A stretch of DNA of 64,000 bases from positions 110,980,001-111,044,000 of the forward strand of contig NC_043001.1 of NCBI RefSeq assembly GCF_006345805.1, given 5' to 3'. The translations under genes and the position numbers were made by a program. This DNA comes from Octopus sinensis (Eukaryota). Below, piece after piece: positions 1 to 14,903 of the stretch (its first letter is position 1; each line of letters starts with the position of its first letter). Below the pieces are notes generated by a model, which had not been told where the DNA came from, searched no databases, and saw nothing but the letters and a program-made list of their open reading frames with translations.

Positions 1-270
1 ACACGGGGATAGAGGCAGACAAATTCTGCTCTCAATAGTAAATATACTAATACATAGAATGCAAAATACACGTATAAAAAATAGTATATCCTTCACTTTA
101 GGCATATTAGATACTGAACAAAAAGTTGCACACAAACTGACATGCGTATTGTCAGAATAATTTGCTCATTCATAAAATTATATTAAGTGCATGGAAACTT
201 AAAATTAGAAGAGTATAAGTCAGCCGAATGCCTGCAAATCATGTTGGCTCCTTAAAATTGCATGCAATGC

Positions 271-790
271 TTTACTCTTTTGATTTTCTCAGTCATTGGG
301 CAGCGGCCATGCTGGAACATCGCATTCTAGTATTCGTCAAAAGTGACCCTACTACATATTTTTAATCTGGTATTTATTCCGTCAGTGTCTTTTGCAGAAC
401 CGCTAAGTTATGAACTTGCATGCTAACCAGCACCCGCTGTCAAGTGGTGTTGGAAGGGGCCAAGCACAAAGACGTGGCGAGCTGGTAGAAACGTTAGCAC
501 GCCGGGCGAAATGCTTACCGGTATTTCGTCTGCCGTTACGTTCTGAGTTCAAATTCCGCCGAGGTCGACTTTGCCTTTCATCCTTTCGGTGTCGATTGAA
601 TAAGTACCAGTTACGCACTGGGGTCGATATAATCGACATAATCCCTTTGTCTGTCCTTGTTTGGCCACTCTAAGTTTAGCCTCTTGTGAGCAATAAAGAA
701 AAAAACAAAAACGTATGTACATACCGATGGCTTCTGCAGACTTCCTTCATTTGCGTGGATTTAGCCGATGCTGCGTTGAACAAATACACT
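271..790 (-). mobile_element. Old, diverged tRNA-derived SINE (family B) interrupted by a SINE-A insertion
   Basis: cagtcatt..gcggccatgctgg..gaaccgctaagtta..tgtcaag..gttggaagggg matches the family-B 3' half seen at 5181 and 21420. A weak match resumes after 714. Confidence 0.55.
476..704 (+). mobile_element. tRNA-derived SINE, family A (tail type Y)
   Basis: Head ggcgagctggtagaaacgttagc, B-box gagttcaaattcc, A-rich end. 10-bp TSD with one mismatch: acaaagacgt (466-475) and acaaaaacgt (705-714). Confidence 0.9.
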
Positions 791-791
791 G

Positions 792-885
792 AAGGACGTA
801 AACACACCAGCATCAGTTGAGAAGCGATGTTGGAAGGGGGACAAACACAGACACATAAACATACACACGCATAGACACACACACA

Positions 886-924
<39 letters not shown>

Positions 925-1085
925 GACGGGCTTCTTTCAGTTTCCGTCTACCAAATCCACTCACAAGGCTTGGGTCGGCCCGAGGCTATAGTAAAATACA
1001 CGTGCCAAGTGCCACGCAGTGGGACTGAACTCGGAACCATATCCTTGGTAAGCAAGCTACTTACCACACAGCCACTCCTACGCCT
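792..1085 (-). mobile_element. tRNA-derived SINE, family B (5' half with internal CA/TA microsatellite)
   Basis: The reverse complement reads aggcgtaggagtggctgtgtggtaagtagc..ggttccgagttcagtcccac (A and B boxes). Same body as 21195-21598. Confidence 0.9.
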
Positions 1086-2192
1086 TTAACTTTAGTTTTA
1101 TTAAGCAGTTCATTGTAAAAACAATTCCTCTTTTCAGCAGTGGACTCCAGCCATTCTTCGAATCATTTCGTACCGGGCCGCTTAGATTGCATTTTGAAAT
1201 TCATTATTAGCAATGTAAGCAGTATGTATTCAAAATAGCATGCTGTATATCTTGCTTAATGCGGATATCCCGTAAGAAAGCCACAACACTGCGTTACTTT
1301 TGAGAAAGCAACGCGGATAGACGTACGCTGTTCAAAAAGCGCAGACATATGAAGAGCATAGGAGAAGTGTCAGCAGCGGCAGTGTAATTGGCAGATACAA
1401 TATGTCTTCGCATTTGTGCTGCATTGCTAACGATGATGATACGCCTCCGTTTCTGATAGATGCTATTACAAGGCGAATGCCGTAGGGTAATGGCTTCTGA
1501 CGTTATAACCACATTAAGTAACATATAGAGAATGTTATCATACTCTTAATTTCATCTCACTCTGCAGGGTATTGTTGTATGGTGTACGTATTATATATGT
1601 AAAGAATGCAAAAATCCTAAAATACTTCCAGTAATTACTGTTAGTCGAAATTTGCTAACAATCTAATCAATACAGGTTGAATTGGATTGGACTTGGCCAT
1701 CAGCTCCGACAGCTCTGTTCGTTCACAAATTATTGTTTCATTTAATTTTAGAGACAATTAGAAAGACATTTGGTTTGTTAATTACCTATTTAAACTCTGC
1801 TGATTAACGTTAATCTGTTCATTATTTTGCATATATGATACACTGCTGATATGTAAATTTGTTTTAGGTCATTTACAATCGAATTTCTCTTTCGATTCTG
1901 TTATTAAGAATGTGTAAAATAATACACCAATTGCTCAAAACCTGAATAATTATATTTTATAATGAGCGATCTAATATGGATCACGGCTTAATACTACAAC
2001 TATACAGCATCAGGGCATTTAATGAAGTGAATGATTTTGCAGTTTCTTTCGAAGAGAACCCATTTCTCATGCTACCAAAGATTTCCTGTAAAATTCGACC
2101 TGTGTATACCCAGTTTTTTTTTGTCCAATCAAATTGTAATGTAGGTGGGGAATCTTAAAGACTATGCTTTCCTCTCCGGCAAAACTGATGCA

Positions 2193-2193
<1 letters not shown>

Positions 2194-2232
<39 letters not shown>

Positions 2233-2305
2233 TAATAATAATAATAATATAATAATAATAATATAATAATATAATAATGATAATAATAATAATAATATAA
2301 TAATA

Positions 2306-2372
<67 letters not shown>

Positions 2373-2482
2373 AAGAAGAGAAGAAGAAGAAGAAGAACGA
2401 CAACAACAACAGCAACAATAACAACAACAACAACACCAATAATAACAACAACAACAACAACAACAGCGACAACAACGCAGAA
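2194..2482. repeat. Compound trinucleotide microsatellite (AAT)n-(AAG)n-(AAC)n
   Basis: Directly visible. Confidence 0.97.
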
Positions 2483-2489
2483 ACAACAA

Positions 2490-2737
2490 TAACTTACATG
2501 GGAGAATAGGGAAACAGCTTAAGGATGCCCTGAATGGATGAGTAATAACAGATTTGATGAGGGAGAACAATATTCCTTACCAAAGATAAAGGCAAGGGTA
2601 AAGGACTTAGTAATTATAGACCAATCACTCGCTTACAATTTGTGTGGAAGCTGTTAAAAAGGAGTGCTCTCTGAAAGCAGTTACGAGCCAGAATTTACAA
2701 CCAGAAGGCTGCAAGAAGTCTAGAGGAAAACACGATT
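2490..2737 (+). mobile_element. R4/Dong-like non-LTR retrotransposon remnant, RT N-terminal part (5' of the mariner insertion)
   Basis: Translates to ..SNYRPIT..WKLL.. and GCKKSRGKHD. The frame continues after the mariner element. Confidence 0.8.
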
Positions 2738-2739
2738 TA

Positions 2740-4030
2740 CGAAGGGGCGTTCAATAAGTAATGCCCCTGACCCACTTTCCATAGCAGTAGAGCAACGAAA
2801 CTTGGCACAGTTATTAGTCTTTTTCTACATAGGAACCACCCAGAGTTACGCATTTCTCCCATTGTTTGATGCAGCTCTGGAGACCGTTTTTGTAGAAGAA
2901 CCCACCTTGGGCCTCCAACCTCAACGTGACTTCAGAAATCAAGGCTGTATCATCTGGGAAACGCTTTCCTTTCAAAAACAACTTCATGACTGGGAAGAGG
3001 TGAAAATCAGAGGGTGCAAGGTCAGGAAAGTAGGGGGATGGGGGAGGAGTTCATAGCCATACGCCTGTGCTTCTGATCTGGCGACAAGCGAGTTGTGGAC
3101 CGGAGCGTTGTCCTGCAAGAGGAGGATGCCTTTGCTGATCTTGCCCCGCCTCTTGATTTTGATAACTTCTCTTAATTTCCTCAAAAGGGAAGCATAATAG
3201 GCTCCTGCAATTGTGGTACCCTTTGCCAGGAAATCTGTCAACACTACTCCGTCCTGGTCCCAGAAGACTGTGAGCATGACCTTGCCAGCGGAGGGCTGCA
3301 CCCTTGCCTTCTTTGGAGGGGGTGAGTCACGGTGCTTCCACTGCATTGACTGGGCTTTGGTCTCTGGATCATCGTGATGGACCCAGGTCTAATCCTGTGC
3401 AATCAGTCTTTTGAAAAATTTTGACTCATCTTCTTGGTACATCTCCAAATTCACCCTCGAGCACTCGACGCTTTCTTGCTTCTGGAAAGGCGTGAGCAAC
3501 CTGGGAATCCATCTGGCAGACACCTTTTGCATATGCAGATGGTCATGAATGATAGTTTCCACAGACCCGGTTCTAATCTTGACCTCATGGGCTATTTGGC
3601 GAATAATTATGCATTGATCTTCCAAAATGGCAGCCTCAACTTGACGGACAGATGCCTCATCAATGGCAGAAGGGGCGACCAGATCTGGGAGCTGTTTCCA
3701 CAGAGTTCCGACCATGTTTGAATTCACGATGCCAGCGTTTTACAAGGTCATATGATGGGGCATCATCACCATAAGTTACTTTCATTTCATCAAAAGTCCC
3801 CCGTGGTGTGCGTCCTTCCAAATACAAAAACCGGATCACTGCTCGACACTCAACAGGCTCCATTTCACATTTGACTCGGTTCAAACACCTGTAAAACAGA
3901 AACCACAATTAATTCATAGCTGTAATTTGCCACTTACTCTATAGAGATATAAATGATTGTACATGCAAACTTTCAGCTAGATCAAACAATGGAAAGTGTG
4001 TCAGAGGCATTACTTATTGAACGTCCCTCG
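2740..4030 (-). mobile_element. Full-length (~1.29 kb) mariner DNA transposon
   Basis: TIRs cgaaggggcgttcaataagtaatgcccctgac (2740-2771) and gtcagaggcattacttattgaacgtccctcg (4000-4030). TA on both sides (2738-2739, 4031-4032). Confidence 0.96.
2814..3863 (-). pseudogene. Mariner transposase (D,D34D), frameshifted
   Basis: MEPVECRAVIRFLYLEG HTH, RSGRP, WIPRLL, QD(ETW), QDNAPVH, and PHPP/(Y)xPDLAPSDFHLF after a 1-nt slip. 34 residues between the second and third Asp when restored. About 350 codons split over several frames. Confidence 0.93.
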
Positions 4031-4032
4031 TA

Positions 4033-4840
4033 TTATATATTGACAGAGCAGTTCTAAATGAAGAAAGATCTAGAAAGAAAAGTTTAACAATAACATGGAT
4101 AGATTATAAGAAAGCCTATGGTATGACCCCCCACCACACACACACAGTCTTTATAGCGCTAACTTTTTGATAAAATACAGCCTCTCTTGAAACTTCTACA
4201 GTATTGTGATTGCTCGAAGATCACAGATATAATTCACCGCTGTTTCTTTCTTCTTTCTTCTTCCTTCTTTATTTATAGCTTTATCACCCAAAACCGAGTA
4301 TAGTTAAGAAAGTGAATGAAACCAAGTAAATGAATGCGGCATGCTAGCAAAGAAAGTATACAAGAAAGGACATGATACCCTGGGGAGAATAATAGTCTGA
4401 GAGTTATGTAGAAAGCTAGAGTTTGAACAGACTGATAAATGGCGTGAAAATAAATTTTGTAAAGTGCTAGAAAGCAAGAAATATTCGATGTTGTGAGATG
4501 TTAACTTTCAGACTGACTGAGTAATGGACGCTGATATAGTAATAATAGACAAAGAGAATAGAAAGTGTCAGATAATTGACTTTACAGTCCCAAATGGTGA
4601 GAAAGTTAATTTGTGAAGTATAAGGAAAATAGTAAAATACAAGGACCCAACTCTTGCGTTAGAGAGTCTACAGAAAGTGTGAGTGAAATGTATACCTGTA
4701 ATTATATGTGCATTAAGAATTATCCCTAAACATTTAAACAGACTGAAAGAGAAATAAGAATAAAACCTAGCTTAGTGCCCCTCCGGAACACAAATTTATT
4801 AGATACTGCTAGGATACTTAGGAGAGTTCTCGGGATCTAA
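4033..4840 (+). mobile_element. R4/Dong-like LINE remnant: RT motif, then internally deleted to the C-terminal restriction-like endonuclease
   Basis: LYIDRAVL..TWIDYKKAYGMTPH; ECGMLAKKVYKKGHDTLGRII; ADIVIIDKENRKCQIIDFTVP..KIVKY; TARILRRVLGI* (stop 4838-4840). Confidence 0.85.
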
Positions 4841-5180
4841 TCTTCCTTATTGTACATTTAAAAAAACATTTCTGTACAGCAATTAAATCTGTTGCTGGTG
4901 GTTCCTTCGGGACAGTATGAGAAGGCGTCAAAGAGGAATAGAAAGGATATCGGAATAGAGTGCCCGGGGGAATTGTTACAAAAGGTTTTCATTCTTGGTA
5001 CGCCGAGAATAATCAGCAAAGTATCAGACAGTTGAAAATAACAGAATTCATGGTACCATAGGCTGCAGGCAGCAGGTCCGCTACGCATGCAAGACTCCAG
5101 GACGTCCAGAAAAAAAAACTGGAAATATAAAGAAATAGCATTGATAATGATCCTTTCATAAGGACTGCAATTTTGTTAGA

Positions 5181-5476
5181 TCTTTTACTTGTTTCAGTCA
5201 TTTGACTGCGGTCATGCTGGAGCACCGCCTTTAGTCGAGCAACTCGACCCCAGGATTTATTCTTTGTAAGCCTAGTACTTATTCTATCGGTTTATTTTAA
5301 CGAACCACTAAGTTACGGGGACGTAAATACACCACCATCGGTTGTCAAACGATGTTAGTGGGGGACAAACACAGACACACAAACATGTATATATATATAT
5401 GTATACATATATATACGGCGGGCTTCTTTCAGTTTCCGTCTACCAAATCCACTCACAAGACTTTGGTCGACTCGAG
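5181..5476 (-). mobile_element. SINE family B, 5'-truncated
   Basis: Near-identical to the 3' two-thirds of 21195-21598 in reverse. Abuts a (CAT)n tract. Confidence 0.9.
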
Positions 5477-5510
<34 letters not shown>

Positions 5511-5560
5511 CTCATTATCACCATCATTACCAACACCATCACCATCATCATCATTATTGT
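5477..5560. repeat. (CAT)n/(CAC)n microsatellite
   Basis: Directly visible. Confidence 0.95.
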
Positions 5561-6582
5561 TACATTATTTTTTTGAAGTAGCTTCAAGCACATTGGCTAT
5601 TACCAGTTTGAATTGAGTAACAGATTTCTCACTTCAGTTGATTTCAAAACAGAAATCTTGGAACCGCCTACCTTTTCCCTCATGTATGTCGGTAACGCAA
5701 TTTTGATGGTTTAGACGGAATTATCTTAGTCCGTTTTCGTTTATCTTAATTTTACTTTCTGTCTGGAGGAGCAGGAAGGGCCCACTTCCCAACAAGATAA
5801 CAATGAAGAAAAGTGTTGAATGTTTATAAAAGAGCCACTTTAAAATCACAGGCAACAAGATACACAATGACAAAAGGAGAAATTATTGCAATTTTATCAA
5901 ACGTAAACATGAATTTACAAGACGGCGACAAAAGCATTATCTGCAAAAAGCAATATGAAGTTTTAATTCGCTTAATACTAAGTTATTTGAAACGGCTTCT
6001 GGCTGCATGATACAACCTTGGTAATTTGAATAGGGTTAAACTGAAAATTTCGGAGATTTCATGATATTCGTTTTAAACAGCAGGTTGAAAAGCCTCTAAG
6101 TTATTCCACAAAATTCGAATGGCTGAAAACTATATAACAAAGAGGATTAAAATATTGCTTAATATCGGAGAAAGAAATACGGCAGTAATATGTCTTTAAT
6201 ATTCCTCACGTTCCTCTTTATGCGAGAAATATATCAGAAACATGCAGCAAAGAAAATAACGTTTATTGGCAGACGTATATTTGGTTCGCAAATTCCTCGC
6301 AAAAAGTCTGCCGGAGAAATCGTTAAGTGAACATTGAACTCATATATTCTCTCTTGATATAATGAGACTATCTGTGAATGTGAAATTGTTCTTCAACAGG
6401 GAGAACAAGGGGAAAAGAACATGATGAGTTGGGGTCTTGTACCTACAAACTCCCAGTTGCTCCGACGAGAATAAACGCAAGTGTGTGGGGGCGGTCCTTA
6501 GTGAAGGAAATTATTAGAATTAACTGATGCGTGCTCACAATATATGGGTAACCATTGAGCGTCATGATGTTCTATAAATCAG

Positions 6583-6812
6583 GCGGCAAGCTGGCAGAAT
6601 CGTTAGCACGCCGGGAAAAATGCCTAGCAGTATTTCGTCTGTCGTTACGTTCTGAGTTCAAATTCCGCCGAGGTTGACTTTGCCTTTCATCCTTTCGGGG
6701 TCGATAAATAAAGTACCAATTTTGCACTGGGGTCGATGTAATCGACTTAATCCCTTTGTCTGTCCTTGTTTGTCCCCTCTGTGTTTAGCCCCTTGTGGGT
6801 AATAAAGAAACA
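6583..6812 (+). mobile_element. SINE family A (tail Y)
   Basis: Full head with B-box. 10-bp TSD tataaatcag (6573-6582 and 6813-6822). Confidence 0.93.
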
Positions 6813-7324
6813 TATAAATCAGAGTCTCGTGGCTGTGATTCACGAAGTTAGACTGAAAATATGATGTTTCATCCTACTTTTTATATTCAAGAAAGAAGAC
6901 ATACGCCTAGTATTATACGTTAAACAGCTCAGCTACGTTACGCGTAACACTGAGAGGGAAGCTGGGGGAAGAGAAATCTGGACATACTGATTGGCATTTT
7001 CAAGACGACATGTCAGCAGAGACCTTGTGGTGATTCACACACACACAATGAAGGAGAAGAATAAATTTATAAGGATTTCGCTCGAGACCCTTGCAAATTA
7101 CTAGTTCAGTATCCCTTTGCATATCAACATATATATGTAGCAAACATACGGACATAAATGTACATGCACGCATACATACATACACACATTCTTGTACACG
7201 CAAACGCGAACACATCTGCAACTGTATAGGGTTTTTTCTTTGTATGAATATGTGTCATTGTGAATGTATATATACACAAAATGCATATACAACAATGCAC
7301 ACATATGCATTCTTACATACACCC

Positions 7325-9209
<1,885 letters not shown>

Positions 9210-9340
9210 TTCTTACAAACAAACGCATATATATGACATGAATACATATGTATGTCATACATATATACATATAAATAATCACACACAAATATATATTCCT
9301 ATGTATAATGACATACATATATGCATGATGACATATATAA

Positions 9341-9444
<104 letters not shown>

Positions 9445-9496
9445 CATATATGCATGCATATGTAGATGTATATATATATTATATATATATTATATA

Positions 9497-9533
<37 letters not shown>

Positions 9534-9573
9534 TATATGCATGCATATGTAGATGTATATATGTATGTATATG

Positions 9574-9826
9574 TAAAATTAAATGCACCCTTTTAAAACC
9601 TAGCCAGGCTCATGGGTACGGTTTCCCGATTTCTATGGCGTATGTGTACCCCAGCTGGACGGGACGCCAGTCTATCGCAGCGTCACTCATATTTGCTAGC
9701 TGATTCGACTGGAGCAACGTGAAATGTAGTGTTTTGCTCAATAACACAACGCGTCGCCCGGTCCAGGAATCGAATCGACCATCTTACGATCATGATGCTG
9801 ACACCCTAACCACTAAGCCACGCGCC
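9574..9826 (-). mobile_element. tRNA-derived SINE, family C
   Basis: The reverse complement reads ggcgcgtggcttagtggttagggtgtcagcatcatgatcgtaag..ttcgattcc..ttgagcaaaacact..cacgttgctccagtc. Head and core are shared with 50168. Confidence 0.88.
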
Positions 9827-10529
9827 TACACTATATGTATGTATGGTTGTCTGTATATACGCATGTAAGTATATAAGCATGCATGTATGTATGTATGTAT
9901 GTATGTATGTATTTATGTATGTATGCATTATTGATTACAAAAGACTAATACCTAGATATAGGAACAGTACAAAATATTTATCTTGGTATCTAACTCGCTA
10001 GGTATCTTGATAAACAGATATAAAAATACATAACTCAATGGGTAACGTGACTGAGGTACATCAGTTAAGATATGTTTGTGCACGTGTGTGTACTACAGCA
10101 TTGTTTAATTAAAATTTCACATCCCATTTGTGTCTTATCATTTGCATTTTTACGACTGCTTCAAATTTGACTATTTATCAAAGTAATTCGTGTACGTAGA
10201 TTCGTTTGCAGCTACATACAATTCCCTCTACATACATGTGTGTCTAACCATCTTTCTAGCATTTGCTTTCTTTTATCACAATGTCAAAGCATAACAAAGT
10301 CGCTGTCTTAAAGAGAATTGTGATACAAATGTAGTAAACATTTCAAAGCATATTGATAGAAATATGTCTTCCACAGCCACATATTGCTAAATACTACAGA
10401 AACAGCTTTGTGATGTATATAATTAAGGAGTGAGCGGATGTGTATATGTAAGCATGTATACATACACGTATATGCAAATATATGCATACATGTGCATATA
10501 TGTAGATGTGTCATTATATATATATATAG

Positions 10530-10687
10530 CGGAGAATCTACGAAAAAAAGCAAGAGAAGGAGACGGGTGGTGTAGATAACAAAGAGATGTATTACTGTAA
10601 TGCTCGGGAAGTGAAAAGTTCTTTAACGTTTCGGGCCTACGCTCCACAGAAACAAACAAGGAGAGAAAATAAAAAATGTGTGGTGGC

Positions 10688-10690
<3 letters not shown>
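10530..10690 (-). mobile_element. Short HHR-like module, family H2 (degenerate core)
   Basis: The reverse complement reads tttCTGTGGAgcgtaggcccGAAAcgttaaaga..ttcccgagc... Homologous to 54958-55140 and 62885-63075. Lies between (TA)n and (GA)n. Confidence 0.7.
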
Positions 10691-10737
<47 letters not shown>

Positions 10738-10749
10738 GGTTTATATATA

Positions 10750-10793
<44 letters not shown>

Positions 10794-10903
10794 CAGATCG
10801 TCAAACATACAAGGATACAGACAGACAGATAGATAGATAGATAATATTTTCTATGCACATACACTTATTAGCTCTCAAATACGCACACACACACAGACAC
10901 ACG

Positions 10904-10966
<63 letters not shown>

Positions 10967-12885
10967 TATATTAAAAAGAAAATTTTGTAAATCATAAACA
11001 TCTCAGACAAATCAGGTTTAATTATTTTCAACAGCTGTTTCGTAAGGTATACTCATAATTTTATGATTTTGTGATGGATATAGATTCAATTTAAAACTAA
11101 TATTATGATGGAGTATTTATCGGAGATCATAAAAGTAAAACGACCGGCTAAGATATCAAACAATGATGTTTCAAATACAAGTCAAAAAAGATTCTTGTAT
11201 CTACATAAGCAAGGCTCTGGTGAGTATAGCCGGTAGCATTCAAAATGATTCGAAAAATTGGACCTCCAACGAGTCCTTTCGCGACTCATTTAAATCCAGG
11301 GAACTTTCCAGCACGCCTCGCACATCCATAGGGCGGGCTTCTGCCAGTTATAGACAATATCTCTATAAATATATTTTTGTATTTGCGTAGAGTGATGTTT
11401 GAGAATTACATGGACAGAGAGATAATTCCAATAAAACCATAAAACCTGAATTCTAACTTGAATATTGTTATAGGCAATGAATGAAATAATTGGATTGAGA
11501 TATTGTTGTATTTTAATATTGAAAATACTGTGATATGATTTGATATGCATTTTTATGTACTCTTCTGTATCTGTATTGGGAATGTTTTTGCGTAAATATA
11601 GCGCCCACTAGTGTCCTTTTGTTTGTTTGTTTCTCTGTGTGAGTGTGTGTGTGTGTGTATGTGTGTGTGTGTGTGTGTGGATTCCTTTGAGGCGTTATTA
11701 TATTTCTGTGTGAGACAAAGAATGAAAACCAATATGATGCTATGATGTTGATAATGAGAGCGATGACGTTGTTCCAGTCGCTGCTGTTACTGATGACGTT
11801 TTTGACGAAGATGATAATGATGATGAGGCGGAGGGGGAGGAGGATGAGGATGAGGAGCAGGAGGACGACAACGACGAAGATGTTGATTGTTTTGGTGCAT
11901 ATATATCTTTTGGTGAAACTTGCTTTAGTGGTACTGGCGATGACTTGCGGCAGATGAATATTACAGTGATAATTGTGAAGTTGACTATAAAGAATGTGAC
12001 GGTATTCGAATGTGTAATGCGGGGGAGGTGGAACAAAACAAGTGTATGAATTACATCCCTATCACGCCACTCTTCGTTTCTCCCTCCCCCTCTCTGCCTC
12101 TATGTCTCTCTCTCTCGTTCTTTCTCTGTGTCATAGTTTTACTCTTAAACACCGTCTCTTATACGCATCCACGTTCAGAAGAAACTGTACACTTCTCAGC
12201 CACATATTTAGAATCACTTTCTCTTTCTTTCACATTTTTTTTTTTTTGGAAATTTTTATTCCGTCTCTTCCTTTCTTTCTTTCTTGCTCATGCAACATAT
12301 TTTTTCTCTCTCCTAAATACGTTTTTTTTTTCTCTGTCTGAAAACCACTCTGAAAGAAGAAACAAACATAAACAAAATTTAAACACAAAATAATGATAAA
12401 GCGAAACGAAGAGAGCAAGAAACAAAAAAAGACAATGCAAAGAAATAAGTAAGCAAGAAATAAAGAAAGGAAAAAACAGAAGTATGAATGAAAAATAAAA
12501 CAAGTTTTAGAAGGAATTTTACAAATAGAGAAAGAAAAATGAAAAACATTACAAAAAGAAAAAGAGAAAGAAAGAAGGAAAGAAAGAAAGGAAAAGAGGG
12601 AAGATGAAAGAAAGAAATAGGGAATGCTCTTCGCGTCGTAGAGGATGATTGGATAAGGGGCGGATGTGGTTATTTCTCTAACTTTGAGAGGGAGTGCAAT
12701 GTGAGTTGCGCGTTATTGAGTAGTTAAATACGAGGGTTGTGTAACAGAAGAGCATAGCTGGGGTAGGGGTTTAGTGGCATATATCTGGCAAATCTCTCTC
12801 TCTAGTGGTTCTTGTGACTCGCATGGACATGCAGAGACAATTGCCAGAGCGAGAGGAGAGATAAAGCTGCGTTTACTCACACACA

Positions 12886-12917
<32 letters not shown>

Positions 12918-13031
12918 TACGCATATTTGATGCCGCATACATCAAAAGCAAAACCAAACAAAAGAGCACGTAGTTGTGTACAGATAAAATGAGATAGACA
13001 AAGAGGACAAGGAGAGAGGTACATATGGAAC

Positions 13032-13076
<45 letters not shown>

Positions 13077-13844
13077 TGGGAATGAGATAGAAAAGGAAGA
13101 GAGCGTGTGTCAAAACTCTTGTTAAAAGTAGTAGGTTCTCATGCCATTTCAATGAATGGATATTCGCACATATATAAATGTGTAAAAAAAACGCTGCCAT
13201 ATTTGTGTGCGCGTGTGCACGTGTATATATGTTTGTATGTATGTATGTATGTATGTATGTATGTATGTGTGTGTGTAGGTGTTCGTCACATAGGTAGATA
13301 GCGGGTAGATACTCAGACAGATAGTTAATCAGAAAGAAAGGCTGATGAACAGACAAACAGATAGTTACAAGGCGAGACGGAGACAGATAAACAGAGCGAC
13401 TATATTTCTTTGTATAATCGTGACAAATATGGAACCAAAGAGACATGACGTATGAGATATCTAATTATTCCTTTTCAACGAGAAAGACAAAGGCTTCTTC
13501 TATTGGTACACAACATCAGATAGAATTGTCATATGCGGTAAATATAAAATCTTTGTCTCCTATGAATAAATTACTCAAACAAAATCAACAGTTACATATA
13601 AATACACACAGGTACAAGCCTAATAATGCAAAAAACACGGAAACAAACACCCACACAGATAAACGTACGCACAAATACCACCACCAGAAACAGCAACAAC
13701 AGCTTATATATATATATATATATAGTGTCTATTATCTATCGTAATTTCTTATTTTGGAATGTAATCTATCACAAAATAATTCTTCAAATTTGATAAGCCA
13801 AGACATAAAATATTTTGATCTTCGTTTTTTTTTAATATTTATCG

Positions 13845-14025
13845 TTTTATTTGTTTCAGTTGTTAGACTGAGGCCATGCTGGAGCAACGCCTTGAAATTT
13901 TTAAGTCGAATAAATCGACCCCAGCGCTCATTTTTAAGTTAAGGGGACACAAACACGCCAACACCGATCGTTGTCAAGCGGTGGTGTTGGGACAAACACA
14001 GATAAAAAGACACACACACACACAC

Positions 14026-14067
<42 letters not shown>

Positions 14068-14089
14068 TAAAGACACACACGCATGTGTG

Positions 14090-14134
<45 letters not shown>

Positions 14135-14288
14135 GACGGGCATCTTTCAGTTTCTGTCAAACAAATCCATTCACAAGGCTTTGGTCGACCCGAGGCTATT
14201 GTAGAAAACACTGGCCCAAGATGCGACGCAGTGGGGCTAAACCCGGTATCATGTAGTTGGGAATCAAACTTACTACATACCCACGCTG
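13845..14288 (-). mobile_element. SINE family B, near full length
   Basis: Same head, internal microsatellite and tail as 21195-21598, more diverged. Confidence 0.88.
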
Positions 14289-14840
14289 GACTTTCATATA
14301 TAATTAATACATTTTACGATCATTCCTTTAACACAAAACTTTCTAATGATCTCTTGCTCAATGACAATATAAAATAAAATGAATCGAAAATATTACATGA
14401 GTATAAATCGAAATAGAAAACATTGTATAAGATATTTCAGTAATACTTCAATATTTTCACTTTAATTCAAAAATCACTCTCCACAACCTCTATTAACGCC
14501 CAGCTGGCGTTATTTAAATCTGCTTGCATCATGATTTTTAAGTTTATCCCAGTTTATATCGTAGTTTTAAATTAAGTCTAAGTTAATAATAGAGAGGTTA
14601 ATAAACTGTGTTGCACATAATGGTTTCATATCTGCACATAATGGTTCCATCACAAATACCCACAGAACAATCTACAAAGATGGACGAAACTTGAAACTCG
14701 GTATAATATACAGTGACTTGGATTCAGGCCTATAGCTACATAAGCACACGCATGCGCACATACAAACAAACACTTCAACTAGGCCCTTCGTGATACCCTT
14801 TAAAGCCGGGAACTTTTTGGCACCCCTCATATGTAAATAT

Positions 14841-14903
<63 letters not shown>

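Noticed and set aside
11738-12049. 103-codon Asp/Glu-rich open frame
   Set aside because: No in-frame start and no convincing splice sites. The pattern fits a decayed (GAT/GAG)n microsatellite.
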